Assembly (NCBI GenBank): GCA_027488395.1
Contig: JAIYBT010000015.1
Span: 116,679-180,678, forward strand
Reading direction: 5' to 3'
DNA length: 64,000 bases
DNA from: Methylophilaceae bacterium
GTDB lineage: Bacteria > Pseudomonadota > Gammaproteobacteria > Burkholderiales > Methylophilaceae
This document shows, in pieces, positions 12,585 to 25,594 of this stretch. Made by a program: the position numbers and the translations under genes. Below the pieces are notes generated by a model. It saw nothing but the letters and a program-made list of their open reading frames with translations. It did no database searches and was not told the origin of the DNA. Position 1 is the stretch's first letter. Every line of letters starts with the position of its first letter.

Positions 12585-14190
12585 GGCCCTTTTTAGCGCT
12601 GGCTGCCGCAATGGTGCGATTGATATACCATTGTTGCCAGATGGACAAGATATTATTCACTAACCAGTACAACACAAGGCCTGCTGGAAAGAAGAAGAAA
12701 AATACGCTAAATAACACTGGCATGATTTTCATCACTTTAGCTTGAATTGGATCGGTTGGTGGAGGGTTTAAATAAGATTGGATAATCATGGTGGCCCCCA
12801 TCAAAATGGGCAGCACAAAGTAAGGATCGGTTGCCGACAAATCTTGTATCCAGCCAAAGAAAGGTGCGTGACGTAACTCCACTGACCCTAATAACACCCA
12901 ATATAATGAAATAAACACTGGAATCTGTACCAATATGGGTAGGCAACCACCCATAGGATTTATTTTCTCAGTTCGGTACATGTCCATCATGGCTTGCTGT
13001 AATTTTTGCTTATCATCGCCAAATTTATCTTTAAGCGCTTGTAAGCGGGGCGCAATTTCACGTAAATGTGCCATATTGCGATAGCCTGAAGCAGATAATT
13101 TGAAGAATGCTGCTTTGATCAAAACGGTCAGCAAGATAATTGCCAAGCCCCAGTTCTGGACCACATCGTGGATATGCGTTAACAACCACATCAATGGCTT
13201 GGCAATCACAGTGAGGTAGCTGTAATCCACCACATGTTCAAGACCTGGTGCCGCTGCAATAAGGTCTTGCTGTACTTGTGGTCCGCTAAACAGTGTTGCA
13301 TTAATTGATTTACTTGCCCCTGCAGCAATTTCTCCAACAGGGTAGACCGTGCCTACTGAAAAGTTTTGCTCGCTGAGCTTGGTGGTGTAAATTTTTCTGC
13401 CCGTCGTGGTTTGTGGAATCCAGGCGCTGACAAAGTAATGTTGGACCAAACCAATCCATCCATCTTTAGCATTGATCGACACATCTTGCTTTGCCATGTC
13501 GTCAAATTTAAGTTTGTTATATTTGTCTAGATCCGTGTAATACGCGCCACCTGTAAAGGTTGGCATCATTTTCGAACCCTGATTAGACTGATTGTCGTGG
13601 ATAATCTGATAATACACAGAGGGTTGGATGGCTTGCTGACGGTTGTTTGTAATGTCATACCTTACATCAATCAGATATTGGCCGCGATGGAAGGTATATA
13701 CCTTCTTGACCGCAACCCCTGATTCGTTTGCTGCAGTTAACACAACCTCTAATTGGTCTTGTTGCTCGGCCATATCAAACTGTGTTTGCGCGGTATTAAA
13801 GCGTTGGTGATGGGTTGGCAAGCCTTCACCTTTTAAACCAGTTTGCGCAACATACAGTTTATCTTTTGCGTCGTCTGTCATTAATTCATAGGGGCCAGCG
13901 TTATCGTCAGCCAAATGCTTGCGCAATGATAATTTACGCAAATCCCCACCGATTACATCAATTTCAGCCGTATATAAATCGGTTGTTACATGAATACGTT
14001 CTGCACTTGTTAATTTAAAGCCGTTGGTTTCAACTGGTTTTGTTTGTGCATTGGTTGCCGCAATGGCTGCAGGCGTATCTGCTGATACTGCAGGGGGCGT
14101 TGCAGGCGCATGTTGTTGTTGCCATGCATCCCATAGCAACATGATCGAAAATGAAAAAATGACAAACAATATTAAACGACGGGTATCCAT
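12574..14190 (-). CDS. yidC: Membrane protein insertase YidC
   Basis: MDTRRLILF start (ATG 14190), [36 protein letters not shown]. Confidence 0.98.
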   Translation of the reverse strand: MDTRRLILFVIFSFSIMLLWDAWQQQHAPATPPAVSADTPAAIAATNAQTKPVETNGFKLTSAERIHVTTDLYTAEIDVIGGDLRKLSLRKHLADDNAGPYELMTDDAKDKLYVAQTGLKGEGLPTHHQRFNTAQTQFDMAEQQDQLEVVLTAANESGVAVKKVYTFHRGQYLIDVRYDITNNRQQAIQPSVYYQIIHDNQSNQGSKMMPTFTGGAYYTDLDKYNKLKFDDMAKQDVSINAKDGWIGLVQHYFVSAWIPQTTTGRKIYTTKLSEQNFSVGTVYPVGEIAAGASKSINATLFSGPQVQQDLIAAAPGLEHVVDYSYLTVIAKPLMWLLTHIHDVVQNWGLAIILLTVLIKAAFFKLSASGYRNMAHLREIAPRLQALKDKFGDDKQKLQQAMMDMYRTEKINPMGGCLPILVQIPVFISLYWVLLGSVELRHAPFFGWIQDLSATDPYFVLPILMGATMIIQSYLNPPPTDPIQAKVMKIMPVLFSVFFFFFPAGLVLYWLVNNILSIWQQWYINRTIAAASAKKGHGK

Positions 14191-14207
14191 AGCTTTGTTT
14201 CTAATGA

Positions 14208-14417
14208 TCAGGGTAGGGGATCGTATCCGCCAGGATGCCACGGATGGCATCGGCATATACGCTTTAAAGACAATCTTGCACCTCGCATCACACCATAGGT
14301 TTGAATTGCTTCAGCGGCGTAGTGTGAACAAGTTGGTTGAAATCGGCACTGCTTGCCAAGCCAAGGGCTAAGCACATATTGGTAACATTTAATCAAACTA
14401 AGCAAAATGGTCTTCAT
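14208..14417 (-). CDS. yidD: Membrane protein insertion efficiency factor YidD
   Basis: CRFQPTCSHYA, RICRCHPWHPGGYDP. Confidence 0.95.
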   Translation of the reverse strand: MKTILLSLIKCYQYVLSPWLGKQCRFQPTCSHYAAEAIQTYGVMRGARLSLKRICRCHPWHPGGYDPLP

Positions 14418-14767
14418 GATGTGGTATGTACTTGTGTGCCACGTTTTTGCACACGCTGCATCAATTGCATGAGCTCTTGCTTTACCTTTAAAAAATCCAC
14501 AGGCTTAAATGTTGTTTTCACCTGCAGAATAACATCAAATCCTTGTGCGTGCTTTAAATCAAGGCGAGCTAGCTCGCGCAACACACGTTTCATATAATTT
14601 CGATCAACCGCTCGCTTGGCTACACGCTTAGGCACAACTAGGCCATAACGATTCTGTGGTTGATGATTGGGCATGACATTGATAATTAACCATGCACCAT
14701 AAAATCGTTTCTTGAAACTAAAAACGGATGAAAATTCATCCGTTTTAGTTAATTTTTGTAGCTGCAT
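14414..14767 (-). CDS. rnpA: Ribonuclease P protein component
   Basis: RNR-like motif KRAVDRNYMKRVLRE; between rpmH and yidD. Confidence 0.93.
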   Translation of the reverse strand: MQLQKLTKTDEFSSVFSFKKRFYGAWLIINVMPNHQPQNRYGLVVPKRVAKRAVDRNYMKRVLRELARLDLKHAQGFDVILQVKTTFKPVDFLKVKQELMQLMQRVQKRGTQVHTTS

Positions 14768-14793
14768 GCGTGTTGCACCATGCGGCTCAGGAA

Positions 14794-14928
14794 TTATAAA
14801 CCTAAACGCTTGCGGCCTTTTGCACGACGCGCTGCAATCACAGCACGGCCACCTTTAGTTTTCATGCGAACCAAGAAACCATGTGTGCGTGCACGACGTG
14901 TTTTAGAAGGTTGATAGGTACGTTTCAT
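14794..14928 (-). CDS. rpmH: 50S ribosomal protein L34
   Basis: Manual translation [44 protein letters not shown] (44 aa, below ORF-track cutoff). Confidence 0.98.
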   Translation of the reverse strand: MKRTYQPSKTRRARTHGFLVRMKTKGGRAVIAARRAKGRKRLGL

Positions 14929-15117
14929 TACATTCTCCTGCCCATCTGGCAATAATCGGTTTTAGGCACACTTAAAATATTCAAACATTTGAAATATCCA
15001 AACAATGCATTTGAATATTGCTTCAAGCGAAAATTTGCCTATTTCAAAAACCCTCAATTAAACATGATTAGCTCATACTATGTCAATGATTTTTTTTAAT
15101 AAATTGTAAGCGTTGCC

Positions 15118-15126
15118 TGTGGATAA
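15118..15126 (-). promoter_or_regulatory. DnaA box in the dnaA promoter
   Basis: TGTGGATAA, reverse complement of TTATCCACA. Confidence 0.85.
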
Positions 15127-15283
15127 CTGCGCTTAAAACGATTAGAATCAATCCATGTTGTTCAGTGCACCCTTCAATTCTATTTGCTCCCGCCATCACA
15201 GTTTTAGCTACATAGCCAAAAAGCGCTACGCGTGTATGTCTGCTTTAATTAATTGTTCAATACGCTAAAACCGGCTGATCACG

Positions 15284-16693
15284 ATGGATAAATTTTGGGA
15301 TCATTGTCTATTACGCTTTCAACAAGAGCTATCTGCGCAACAATACAATACATGGATTAAACCATTACAAGCTAAAGTAAGCACTAACACTGTACAAATC
15401 ATCGCACCGAATAAGTTTGTGATGCAATGGGTCAAGAGTAAGTTTTTTGCCCGCATTGAGGCACTGGCTGCGGAACAGGGTGCTGCCTTCCAAGTTGAGC
15501 TTTTAGTGGGTCAAGGTCAACCGTCAACCGCGACATCGTCACCCACCCTAACACTGGCACCAGAATCTACTATTGATCGCACTGTGGCGCGTCCAGTCAT
15601 TAAGCAATCTCTCAGCAATGTGCCGCGAACAAGTCAAACTAAGCCCACTGCAAAATTCGTACGTGCTGATCGTGGTAGTGGTTTAAATGAGAGCTTTCGC
15701 TTTGATAATTATGTGACTGGTCGTGCCAACCAATTAGCGCGTGCTGCGGCTATTCAAGTCGCTGGAAACCCTGGTCAAGCCTACAATCCTTTATTTATAT
15801 ATGGTGGGGTTGGTTTAGGCAAAACTCATTTGCTTCAAGCCATTGGCAACGAACTTAAAAAAGAAAAACCGGATGCGAATATCCGATATTTGCATGCTGA
15901 GCGATATGTGTCTGATGTGGTGAAAGCTTATGAAAACAAAGCGTTTGATGAATTTAAGCAACAATATCACTCGCTCGATTTACTGCTAATTGATGATATT
16001 CAGTTTTTTGCTAAAAAAACACGCACTCAAGAAGAGTTTTTTTATGCTTTTAATACCTTAATTGAAGAAAAAAAACAGATTGTCATTACCTGTGACACCT
16101 ATCCAAAAGAAATTGTGGATATGGATGAGCGATTACGTACTCGTTTTAGCTGGGGCTTGACCGTTGCCGTTGAACCACCTGAGCTAGAAATGCGGGTTGC
16201 GATCTTGCGTAAAAAAGCAGAATCACTGCATATTAACCTTGACGAAGACGTTGCTTTTTTTGTCGCCAAACAAATTCGCTCCAGTGTGCGTGAACTAGAA
16301 GGGGCACTCAATCGTATTATTGCCATGGCTAATTTTACTGGCCAAGTGATTGATGTGCACTTAGCTAAAGATGCATTGCGCGATTTAATAGCCGTACGTG
16401 GACGGCAAATTACCATGGAGAACATTCAAAAAACGGTTGCTGATTATTACAAAATTAAAGTCAGTGATATGTTTAGTAAAAAACGTTCTCGCAACGTTGC
16501 TCGACCACGACAAATCGCAATGAGTTTATCGCGTGAGTTAACCAACCACAGTTTTCCTGAAATCGGTGAAGCATTTGGTGGTCGTCATCACACTACGGTC
16601 ATGCATGCTTGTGAAGAGATTGAGCAGCTTCGGTTAAATGATCAAGGTGTTGCCAGAGACATTGGCTTTTTAGTACAAGTAATACGTGATTAA
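15284..16693 (+). CDS. dnaA: Chromosomal replication initiator DnaA
   Basis: YNPLFIYGGVGLGKTHL, LLIDDIQF, VRELEGAL, domain IV RPRQIAM...GGRHHTTV. Confidence 0.99.
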   Translation: MDKFWDHCLLRFQQELSAQQYNTWIKPLQAKVSTNTVQIIAPNKFVMQWVKSKFFARIEALAAEQGAAFQVELLVGQGQPSTATSSPTLTLAPESTIDRTVARPVIKQSLSNVPRTSQTKPTAKFVRADRGSGLNESFRFDNYVTGRANQLARAAAIQVAGNPGQAYNPLFIYGGVGLGKTHLLQAIGNELKKEKPDANIRYLHAERYVSDVVKAYENKAFDEFKQQYHSLDLLLIDDIQFFAKKTRTQEEFFYAFNTLIEEKKQIVITCDTYPKEIVDMDERLRTRFSWGLTVAVEPPELEMRVAILRKKAESLHINLDEDVAFFVAKQIRSSVRELEGALNRIIAMANFTGQVIDVHLAKDALRDLIAVRGRQITMENIQKTVADYYKIKVSDMFSKKRSRNVARPRQIAMSLSRELTNHSFPEIGEAFGGRHHTTVMHACEEIEQLRLNDQGVARDIGFLVQVIRD

Positions 16694-16948
16694 CATGTAG
16701 CAAATGAAACAAAAGGTGTGGATAAGCTCTGTTTATAATGTGTTTAAATAGTGCGTAACGACTGCGAAAAAACAGTTTAAAATACCACCCACAAATTGGC
16801 ATGGATTTAAACGCAGTTTATCCACAGCTAAAAATTTTCGTAATAAATTGATTTTAAAGGTTTTTTTTTGTTATCCACAAAAAAGTTGACCATTACTATT
16901 ACTATTACTTTTTATATATTGAAATAACTATATTGATTAGGTAAGCGC
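16694..16948. other. Probable replication origin oriC (dnaA-dnaN intergenic)
   Basis: Perfect DnaA boxes at 16717-16725, 16818-16826 and 16871-16879, degenerate boxes at 16730 and 16739, trio-like repeat ATTACTATTACTATTACT at 16892-16909, then an AT-rich tract. Confidence 0.8.
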
Positions 16949-18052
16949 ATGCAGATCAAAATCAACCGCGATGTGTTATTAAAACCACTTAATAATGTCA
17001 CTGGTATTGTCGAAAGACGACATACATTGCCCATTCTGTCTAACTTGCTATTACAAATTCGACAGCAACAAATTCATCTCACTGCCACTGATTTGGAAAT
17101 GCAGATCTCATTGAAAATAGATACCGATATACAAGGGGAGCTAAGCACGACCATCTCCGCAAAAAAACTACTCGATATTTGCCGTTCTCTGCCAGAAAAT
17201 GCGGCGATTGAATTGGTGAATCAAGATAATCGGATTACGTTAAAAGCTGGCAAAAGTCGTTTTAATCTACAAACCTTACCTGCGGCAGATTATCCTTTAA
17301 TGACGAAAGCCAATGGCGACAATCAGCGATTCTCTATCAGTCAAGCCGAGTTAAAGCGGTTATTAAAGCAAGTCGAGTTTGCAATGGCACAACAAGACAT
17401 TCGTTATTATTTGAATGGATTGTTGTTGGAATTAAATGGTACGCAATTACATGTGGTTGGTACCGATGGTCATCGCTTAAGTTATACCCGTACCGATTTA
17501 GATGTCACTTTTGAAAAGAATGAAGTGATCATTCCACGTAAAACCGTGCTTGAATTAACCAAGTTGTTAGATGATCAATCGGATGCGCCAGTTGTTGTTG
17601 ATTTTTTAAACGGACAAGTCAGCTTCGAATTTTGCAATATACAATTAATCAGTAAAGTCATTGACGGCAAATTTCCAGATTACAACCGTGTTATTCCTAC
17701 TGGGCACCAAAATAGCTTTTTAGTGAATCGACAACAAATATTAAGCTCGTTACAACGTGCATCGATTCTGTCTAACGAAAAATATCGCAGCATACGCATG
17801 GTGATCAGCCAAGGACAATTAAAGCTGATTAGTAATAATACCGAACAAGAAGAAGCTGAAGAAGAATTAGACATTGATTACAACAATATGCCGCTCGATA
17901 TTGGATTTAATGTCACCTACTTAATTGATGTACTCAATAATTTAAATGACGAGCAAATACAATTTGCCTTCGCCGATGCTAATAGCAGTTGCTTGATCAC
18001 CGCTAATAGCGATCCACAATATAAATACGTAGTCATGCCAATGCGCATATAA
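16949..18052 (+). CDS. dnaN: DNA polymerase III beta sliding clamp
   Basis: TATDLEM, QDIRYYLNG, VGTDGHRL, FPDYNRVIP, VVMPMRI. Confidence 0.99.
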   Translation: MQIKINRDVLLKPLNNVTGIVERRHTLPILSNLLLQIRQQQIHLTATDLEMQISLKIDTDIQGELSTTISAKKLLDICRSLPENAAIELVNQDNRITLKAGKSRFNLQTLPAADYPLMTKANGDNQRFSISQAELKRLLKQVEFAMAQQDIRYYLNGLLLELNGTQLHVVGTDGHRLSYTRTDLDVTFEKNEVIIPRKTVLELTKLLDDQSDAPVVVDFLNGQVSFEFCNIQLISKVIDGKFPDYNRVIPTGHQNSFLVNRQQILSSLQRASILSNEKYRSIRMVISQGQLKLISNNTEQEEAEEELDIDYNNMPLDIGFNVTYLIDVLNNLNDEQIQFAFADANSSCLITANSDPQYKYVVMPMRI

Positions 18053-18079
18053 TGCTACAACATTTGATGATTACTCAAT

Positions 18080-20538
<2,459 letters not shown>

Positions 20539-20539
<1 letters not shown>

Positions 20540-20568
20540 AAAAAGAGGCTCAAATGAGCCTCTTTTTT
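20539..20568 (+). terminator. Intrinsic terminator after gyrB
   Basis: AAAAAAGAGGCTC-AAAT-GAGCCTCTTTTTT. Confidence 0.92.
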
Positions 20569-20673
20569 AATGCTGTAATGGTTATTTTAGTTGCTGAAAT
20601 GATTCAAAATAGTAAGGCTAGGTTGAGAAGTTTTAAAGCATTAACTAACCCACTGTACTTGTGATGGGATGGG

Positions 20674-20979
20674 ATGGATCAGCAAGCACTCAATATCGAA
20701 GATGTTATCGCACTCAAAGGCGCTACTATGCTTGAGTTTGGTGCGATTGAATGCAGTTACTGCCAGGCTGCACATTCCAAAATTAACGCTGCATTGGTAA
20801 ATTATCCTAATGTACGTCATATTAAGATTGAAGATGGTAAAGGCCGCAGGCTAGGGCGTTTGTTTCACGTGAAACGTTGGCCAACGTTGGTGTTGTTAAA
20901 AGACGGTTTAGAGGTTACACGTTTGGTGCGTGAGATTGGCGACAAAGAATTACAGTTTGCATTAGCGTTGATTGACTAA
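20674..20979 (+). CDS. Thioredoxin-family protein
   Basis: CSYC CxxC motif, WPTLV cis-Pro motif, 101 aa. Confidence 0.8.
   Translation: MDQQALNIEDVIALKGATMLEFGAIECSYCQAAHSKINAALVNYPNVRHIKIEDGKGRRLGRLFHVKRWPTLVLLKDGLEVTRLVREIGDKELQFALALID
20861..20876. promoter_or_regulatory. parS site inside the thioredoxin-family gene
   Basis: TGTTTCACGTGAAACG, 15/16 match to consensus. Confidence 0.85.
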
Positions 20980-21037
20980 CAATAAAAGTTTGTTTGACCG
21001 TATTTAAAATCACACAAACATTGAATAACCAACCGCC

Positions 21038-23089
21038 TTACACCTTTACCCATTCACTGCCCAAGCTTAACCAGCGCTGACAATGCGCATCTACTGCCTC
21101 TGGCGTTTGTTCTAATAAGCGCACGGCGACCAGTTTTGCTTGATCGAGCAATTCAACATCACGTTCTAAATCAGCAATTTTTAACATGGGTACACCGCTT
21201 TGGCGGGTACCTAATAACTCACCAGGACCACGTATGGTTAAATCGGCTTGGGCAATGGCAAAACCATCGGTGCTTTCATAAATCACTTTTAGCCGTGCAC
21301 GACCAAGTTTTGTGCATTGTTGACGGTTATACAGCAAGATACAGGTGCTTTTTGCCGCGCCACGGCCGACGCGGCCACGCAGTTGATGCAGTTGGCTTAG
21401 GCCCATACGTTCGGCGTGTTCAATCACCATTAAACTGGCATTGGGCACATCAACACCTACCTCAATCACGGTGGTTGCCACCAGTAGTTGCAGTTGGTTA
21501 GTAGCAAAACCCATCATCACCGCTTGTTTTTCTGCAGGTTTCATACGGCCATGCACCAAGCCCACTTTAAGCTCGGGAAACGCACTTTGCAGATAAGCAT
21601 AGGTATCGTTGGCGGTTTGCAGTTGCAAGGCTTCTGATTCTTCAATCAGCGGGCATACCCAATAAGCTTGCTGACCTTGTAAGCAGGCTTCCCGCACTCG
21701 TAGTAACACTTCTTCGCGCCTATCATCGGCAACCAGTTTGGTCACAATCGGCGTTCTGCCTGGCGGTAACGCATCAATCGTGGACACATCTAAATCGGCG
21801 TAATAACTCATGGAGAGTGTTCGCGGAATGGGGGTGGCGGACATCATCAGTTGATGTGGTTCCAGCTGTGCGTGTTGGCCCTTTTTGCGTAAGGATAACC
21901 GTTGCTGTACCCCAAAACGGTGTTGCTCATCGACTATCGAAAGACCAAGTTGCTTAAAGCTAACGTGATCTTGAAACAAAGCATGGGTGCCGACTGCAAG
22001 CATGGCTTTACCACTGCTGAGATCGGCAAGTGACTGCTCACGTTCTTTTTTGGGTTGGCTACCAGTCAGCCATGCAACATCGATGCCCAATGGGCTTAAC
22101 CAACCATGTAATTTTTTATAATGTTGTTCAGCTAAGATTTCGGTGGGCGCCATCATGGCAACTTGCCAGCCTTGTTCAATCAATTGTAATGCGGCAATAC
22201 AAGCCACCACAGTTTTGCCACTGCCCACATCGCCCTGCAATAAGCGTTGCATCGGATGCGCCTGCTGCAAATCGTGCGCAATTTCATGCACCACTTTTTG
22301 CTGCGCAGCGGTCAATTGAAAAGGTAACTTGGCGAGCAGTTGAGGTACTAAACGTTGGGAAGGGGCAATAGCAGGCGCATGGGATTGCTTGCGTCTGGCA
22401 TAGTGTTGGCGCATCGACAGTTGTTGTGCCAATAATTCATCGTAGGCGAGTCGTTGCCAAGCGGGGTGACTACGGTCCTCTAAGCTTGAATAAGCAATGT
22501 CAGGCGTTGGCTGATGGAGTAGGCGCAGACTATTTGCAAAGCTAGGGTGATTCAACGTGGCATACACCCAGGTCGGTAGCGTTTCCTCCAAGGTGCAAAG
22601 CGTTAAACATTTTTGAACGGCTTTACGTAATGCGGTTTGGCTCAAACCAGCCGTTGTAGGGTACACGGGGGTAAGATTAGTACTGACGGGTGTGTCTTCT
22701 AGCACTTTACGTTGTTGCGGATGTACCATCTCATAGCCAAAAAAGCCAGCGCGTACCTCGCCGTAAACACGCAAACGCGTGCCAACTTGCATGGCTGCAA
22801 TTTGGCTGGGATAAAAGTGCATGTAACGCAGTGCCAATACACCACTGGCGTCTTCGATGCGCACTTGCAAAGCGCGACGGGGCTTGTAGCTCACCTCAGC
22901 ATGCACAACCACACCTTCAACTTGCGATTGCTCACCAACCCGCAAATCACGAATCAACGTGACCCGTGTTTCATCTAAATAACGTAGCGGTAAATGTAAC
23001 AAAAGCCCTGCAGGCGCATAAATGCCTAATTTAGAGAGTTGCGCGATCAGAGCGGGGCTAAACCCTTTAATCTCGCTAAAACGATGCAT
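21038..23089 (-). CDS. recG: ATP-dependent DNA helicase RecG
   Basis: RLLQGDVGSGKT, DEQHRFG, MSATPIPRT, QLHQLRGRVGRG. Confidence 0.98.
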   Translation of the reverse strand: MHRFSEIKGFSPALIAQLSKLGIYAPAGLLLHLPLRYLDETRVTLIRDLRVGEQSQVEGVVVHAEVSYKPRRALQVRIEDASGVLALRYMHFYPSQIAAMQVGTRLRVYGEVRAGFFGYEMVHPQQRKVLEDTPVSTNLTPVYPTTAGLSQTALRKAVQKCLTLCTLEETLPTWVYATLNHPSFANSLRLLHQPTPDIAYSSLEDRSHPAWQRLAYDELLAQQLSMRQHYARRKQSHAPAIAPSQRLVPQLLAKLPFQLTAAQQKVVHEIAHDLQQAHPMQRLLQGDVGSGKTVVACIAALQLIEQGWQVAMMAPTEILAEQHYKKLHGWLSPLGIDVAWLTGSQPKKEREQSLADLSSGKAMLAVGTHALFQDHVSFKQLGLSIVDEQHRFGVQQRLSLRKKGQHAQLEPHQLMMSATPIPRTLSMSYYADLDVSTIDALPPGRTPIVTKLVADDRREEVLLRVREACLQGQQAYWVCPLIEESEALQLQTANDTYAYLQSAFPELKVGLVHGRMKPAEKQAVMMGFATNQLQLLVATTVIEVGVDVPNASLMVIEHAERMGLSQLHQLRGRVGRGAAKSTCILLYNRQQCTKLGRARLKVIYESTDGFAIAQADLTIRGPGELLGTRQSGVPMLKIADLERDVELLDQAKLVAVRLLEQTPEAVDAHCQRWLSLGSEWVKV

Positions 23090-23112
23090 GATGTGCGTGA
23101 GATGGTTGGCTG

Positions 23113-25326
23113 TTATTGAATACGTTGTTGCTCAAGAGACACGCCTTTAACCCGATTAATGCGCACCACTTGTTGAATTTTACGTAAATTGCGTATTAAC
23201 TCAGCCAAGTGCACGCGGTTATGCACTTGAACTGTAAAGTTAACATTCGAATACTGGCTACCATCACTGTCTTCAACCCCAACATTATCAATATTTGAGT
23301 CAGAATTAGAAATCGTAGACGCAATTTTGGCAAGCATGCCGCGTTCGTTGACCACAGTAATACGTAAATTAACTTTAAATAGTTTTTTGTGATCGGCATC
23401 CCACTCCACATCCAACCATTTTTCAGGATCTAATTTAAATTTACGGATGGCCAAGCAATCATGGGTATGAATCACCAAGCCTTTGTCTTTATTAATAAAC
23501 CCTAAAATCGGATCGCCAGGAATTGGGCGGCAACACTGCGCAAACTGGACGGCCATGCCTTCAGAACCACGGATGGTAATCGTATCGAGTGGTTTGGTTT
23601 TATCATCATTTTCATGTGCAGGGTGGGCAAGCAATTGATGCGCCACCATCAGACTATTGCGTTTACCCAAGCCAATATCGGTCAAAATGGCTTGTCTGGT
23701 TTTTGCGCCATAATCGTTCATTACTTTTTGCCATTGTTTTTCAGCCACCTCTTGTGGTTCAACATGCATGGCGCGCAGGGCAACGTTCAACATACGCTCA
23801 CCCAATTGTGCTGATTCTTCCACTTTTACCGTTTTCAGGTAATGACGAATATGTGAGCGTGCTTTGCCGGTAACCACATAATTCAGCCAAGCAGGATTGG
23901 GCTTGGCGAGCGGTGCAGTGATAATTTCAACATGATCGCCATTGCGCATTTCAGTACGTAACGGCGCAAGCTCATTATTAATTTTAACTGCGACACAACT
24001 GTTACCCACATCGGTATGCACGGCATAAGCAAAATCAACCGCCGTTGAACCACGCGGTAAGGCCATGATGTTGCCTTTGGGCGTAAATACATAGACTTCA
24101 TCTGGAAATAAATCCACCTTAAAGTGCTCAAGAAACTCATAGCTGTCATCGCTTTCGGTTTGAATTTCGACCAAGCGTTGTAACCATTGATGGGTTTGTT
24201 GTTGCAGTTTTGTCAGATGGGCATCATTGGTTTTATACAGCCAGTGCGCCGCAACGCCAGCATCTGCAATGTTATGCATTTCTTCACTGCGTATTTGCAC
24301 CTCGATGGGCGTACCAAACGGACCAAATAAAGTGGTATGTAACGATTGATAACCGTTGGCTTTGGGAATGGCAATATAATCTTTAAACCGCCCAGGAATA
24401 GGTTTGTATAACGCGTGTAGCGCACCCAAAGCTAAATAGCAGGCCGCATTGTCTTTTACAATCACTCGAAAGCCATAAATATCGTTGATTTGCGAAAGAC
24501 GCATGGATTTTTCGGCCATTTTTTTATAAATACTGTGCAGGTGTTTTTCACGCCCCTGTACATCGTATTCAATCTGAAACAGCTTGAGTTGATTTTGGAT
24601 GGCTTCCAAAATTTTACCGATGACTTCTTTGCGATTACCGCGCGCAACCTTAATTGCCTTATCAATGACCCGAAACCGGTTGGGGTATAAGTATTGAAAA
24701 CTCAAATCTTCGAGTTCGTGGTAGATTGGATTTAAGCCAAGGCGATTAGCAATCGGCGCATAAATATCCATGGTTTCACGGGCAATGCGCTTTTGCTTTT
24801 CTGGCCGCATTGCTTGAAGGGTTTGCATGTTATGCAAACGATCCGCCAGTTTGACTAAAATAACACGCACATCTTGGCTCATGGCGAGCAACATTTTGCG
24901 GAAATTTTCTGCTTGTGCTTGCGTAGCGGTTTGTAGCTCGACTTTGTCTAACTTGGTGAGGCCATCGACTAAATCAGCCACCTGTTTGCCAAACAATTGC
25001 GTGATTTCATCATTATTCACATGGGTGTCTTCCACCACATCATGCAATAACGCAGCCAACAGCGTGGGTAAATCGAGATGCATACTGGCCAAAATACAAG
25101 CCACTGCAACCGGATGGGTGATGTACGGCTCACCCGTTTTGCGGGTTTGGCCATCGTGCGCGCGTTCCGCGTAACGATAAGCTTGCCAAACCAGCTGGAT
25201 TTCTTCTTCGGTGAGGTATTTCTTGATGCGCGTGGTGAGTGGCGAATCTTCGCGATCAGCAGGCAGCAATTCCGCTTCTATCAGGGCAGATTTGGATTTG
25301 CGATGTTCACCAAGAAAGGGGGACAT
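23113..25326 (-). CDS. spoT: Bifunctional (p)ppGpp synthetase/hydrolase SpoT
   Basis: HD hydrolase HDVVED, KLADRLHN, synthetase YQSLHT/EVQIR, TGS domain DFAYAVHT, C-terminal ACT-like domain. Confidence 0.97.
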   Translation of the reverse strand: MSPFLGEHRKSKSALIEAELLPADREDSPLTTRIKKYLTEEEIQLVWQAYRYAERAHDGQTRKTGEPYITHPVAVACILASMHLDLPTLLAALLHDVVEDTHVNNDEITQLFGKQVADLVDGLTKLDKVELQTATQAQAENFRKMLLAMSQDVRVILVKLADRLHNMQTLQAMRPEKQKRIARETMDIYAPIANRLGLNPIYHELEDLSFQYLYPNRFRVIDKAIKVARGNRKEVIGKILEAIQNQLKLFQIEYDVQGREKHLHSIYKKMAEKSMRLSQINDIYGFRVIVKDNAACYLALGALHALYKPIPGRFKDYIAIPKANGYQSLHTTLFGPFGTPIEVQIRSEEMHNIADAGVAAHWLYKTNDAHLTKLQQQTHQWLQRLVEIQTESDDSYEFLEHFKVDLFPDEVYVFTPKGNIMALPRGSTAVDFAYAVHTDVGNSCVAVKINNELAPLRTEMRNGDHVEIITAPLAKPNPAWLNYVVTGKARSHIRHYLKTVKVEESAQLGERMLNVALRAMHVEPQEVAEKQWQKVMNDYGAKTRQAILTDIGLGKRNSLMVAHQLLAHPAHENDDKTKPLDTITIRGSEGMAVQFAQCCRPIPGDPILGFINKDKGLVIHTHDCLAIRKFKLDPEKWLDVEWDADHKKLFKVNLRITVVNERGMLAKIASTISNSDSNIDNVGVEDSDGSQYSNVNFTVQVHNRVHLAELIRNLRKIQQVVRINRVKGVSLEQQRIQ

Positions 25327-25332
25327 AACAGG

Positions 25333-25545
25333 TTATGGTTGCCCCTTGCTGAGCAATTCAACGCCAATCTTGCCTGCAGCGATTTCACGCAGCGCAATCA
25401 CGGTTGGTTTATCTTTTAACGAGTAACCGCTAACCAAGGGATCGGAGCCATTGGCTAATTGACGCGCGCGATAGGCTGCGACTAAAGTGAGTTGAAAGCG
25501 ATTTGGAATATTTTCTAAACAATCATCGACTGTAATACGAGCCAT
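25333..25545 (-). CDS. rpoZ: RNA polymerase omega subunit
   Basis: [36 protein letters not shown]. Confidence 0.98.
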   Translation of the reverse strand: MARITVDDCLENIPNRFQLTLVAAYRARQLANGSDPLVSGYSLKDKPTVIALREIAAGKIGVELLSKGQP

Positions 25546-25594
25546 AGTAAACCTCTTTTGATTAAATCGCAGACCACGCCCAAACGCGAAAGCG

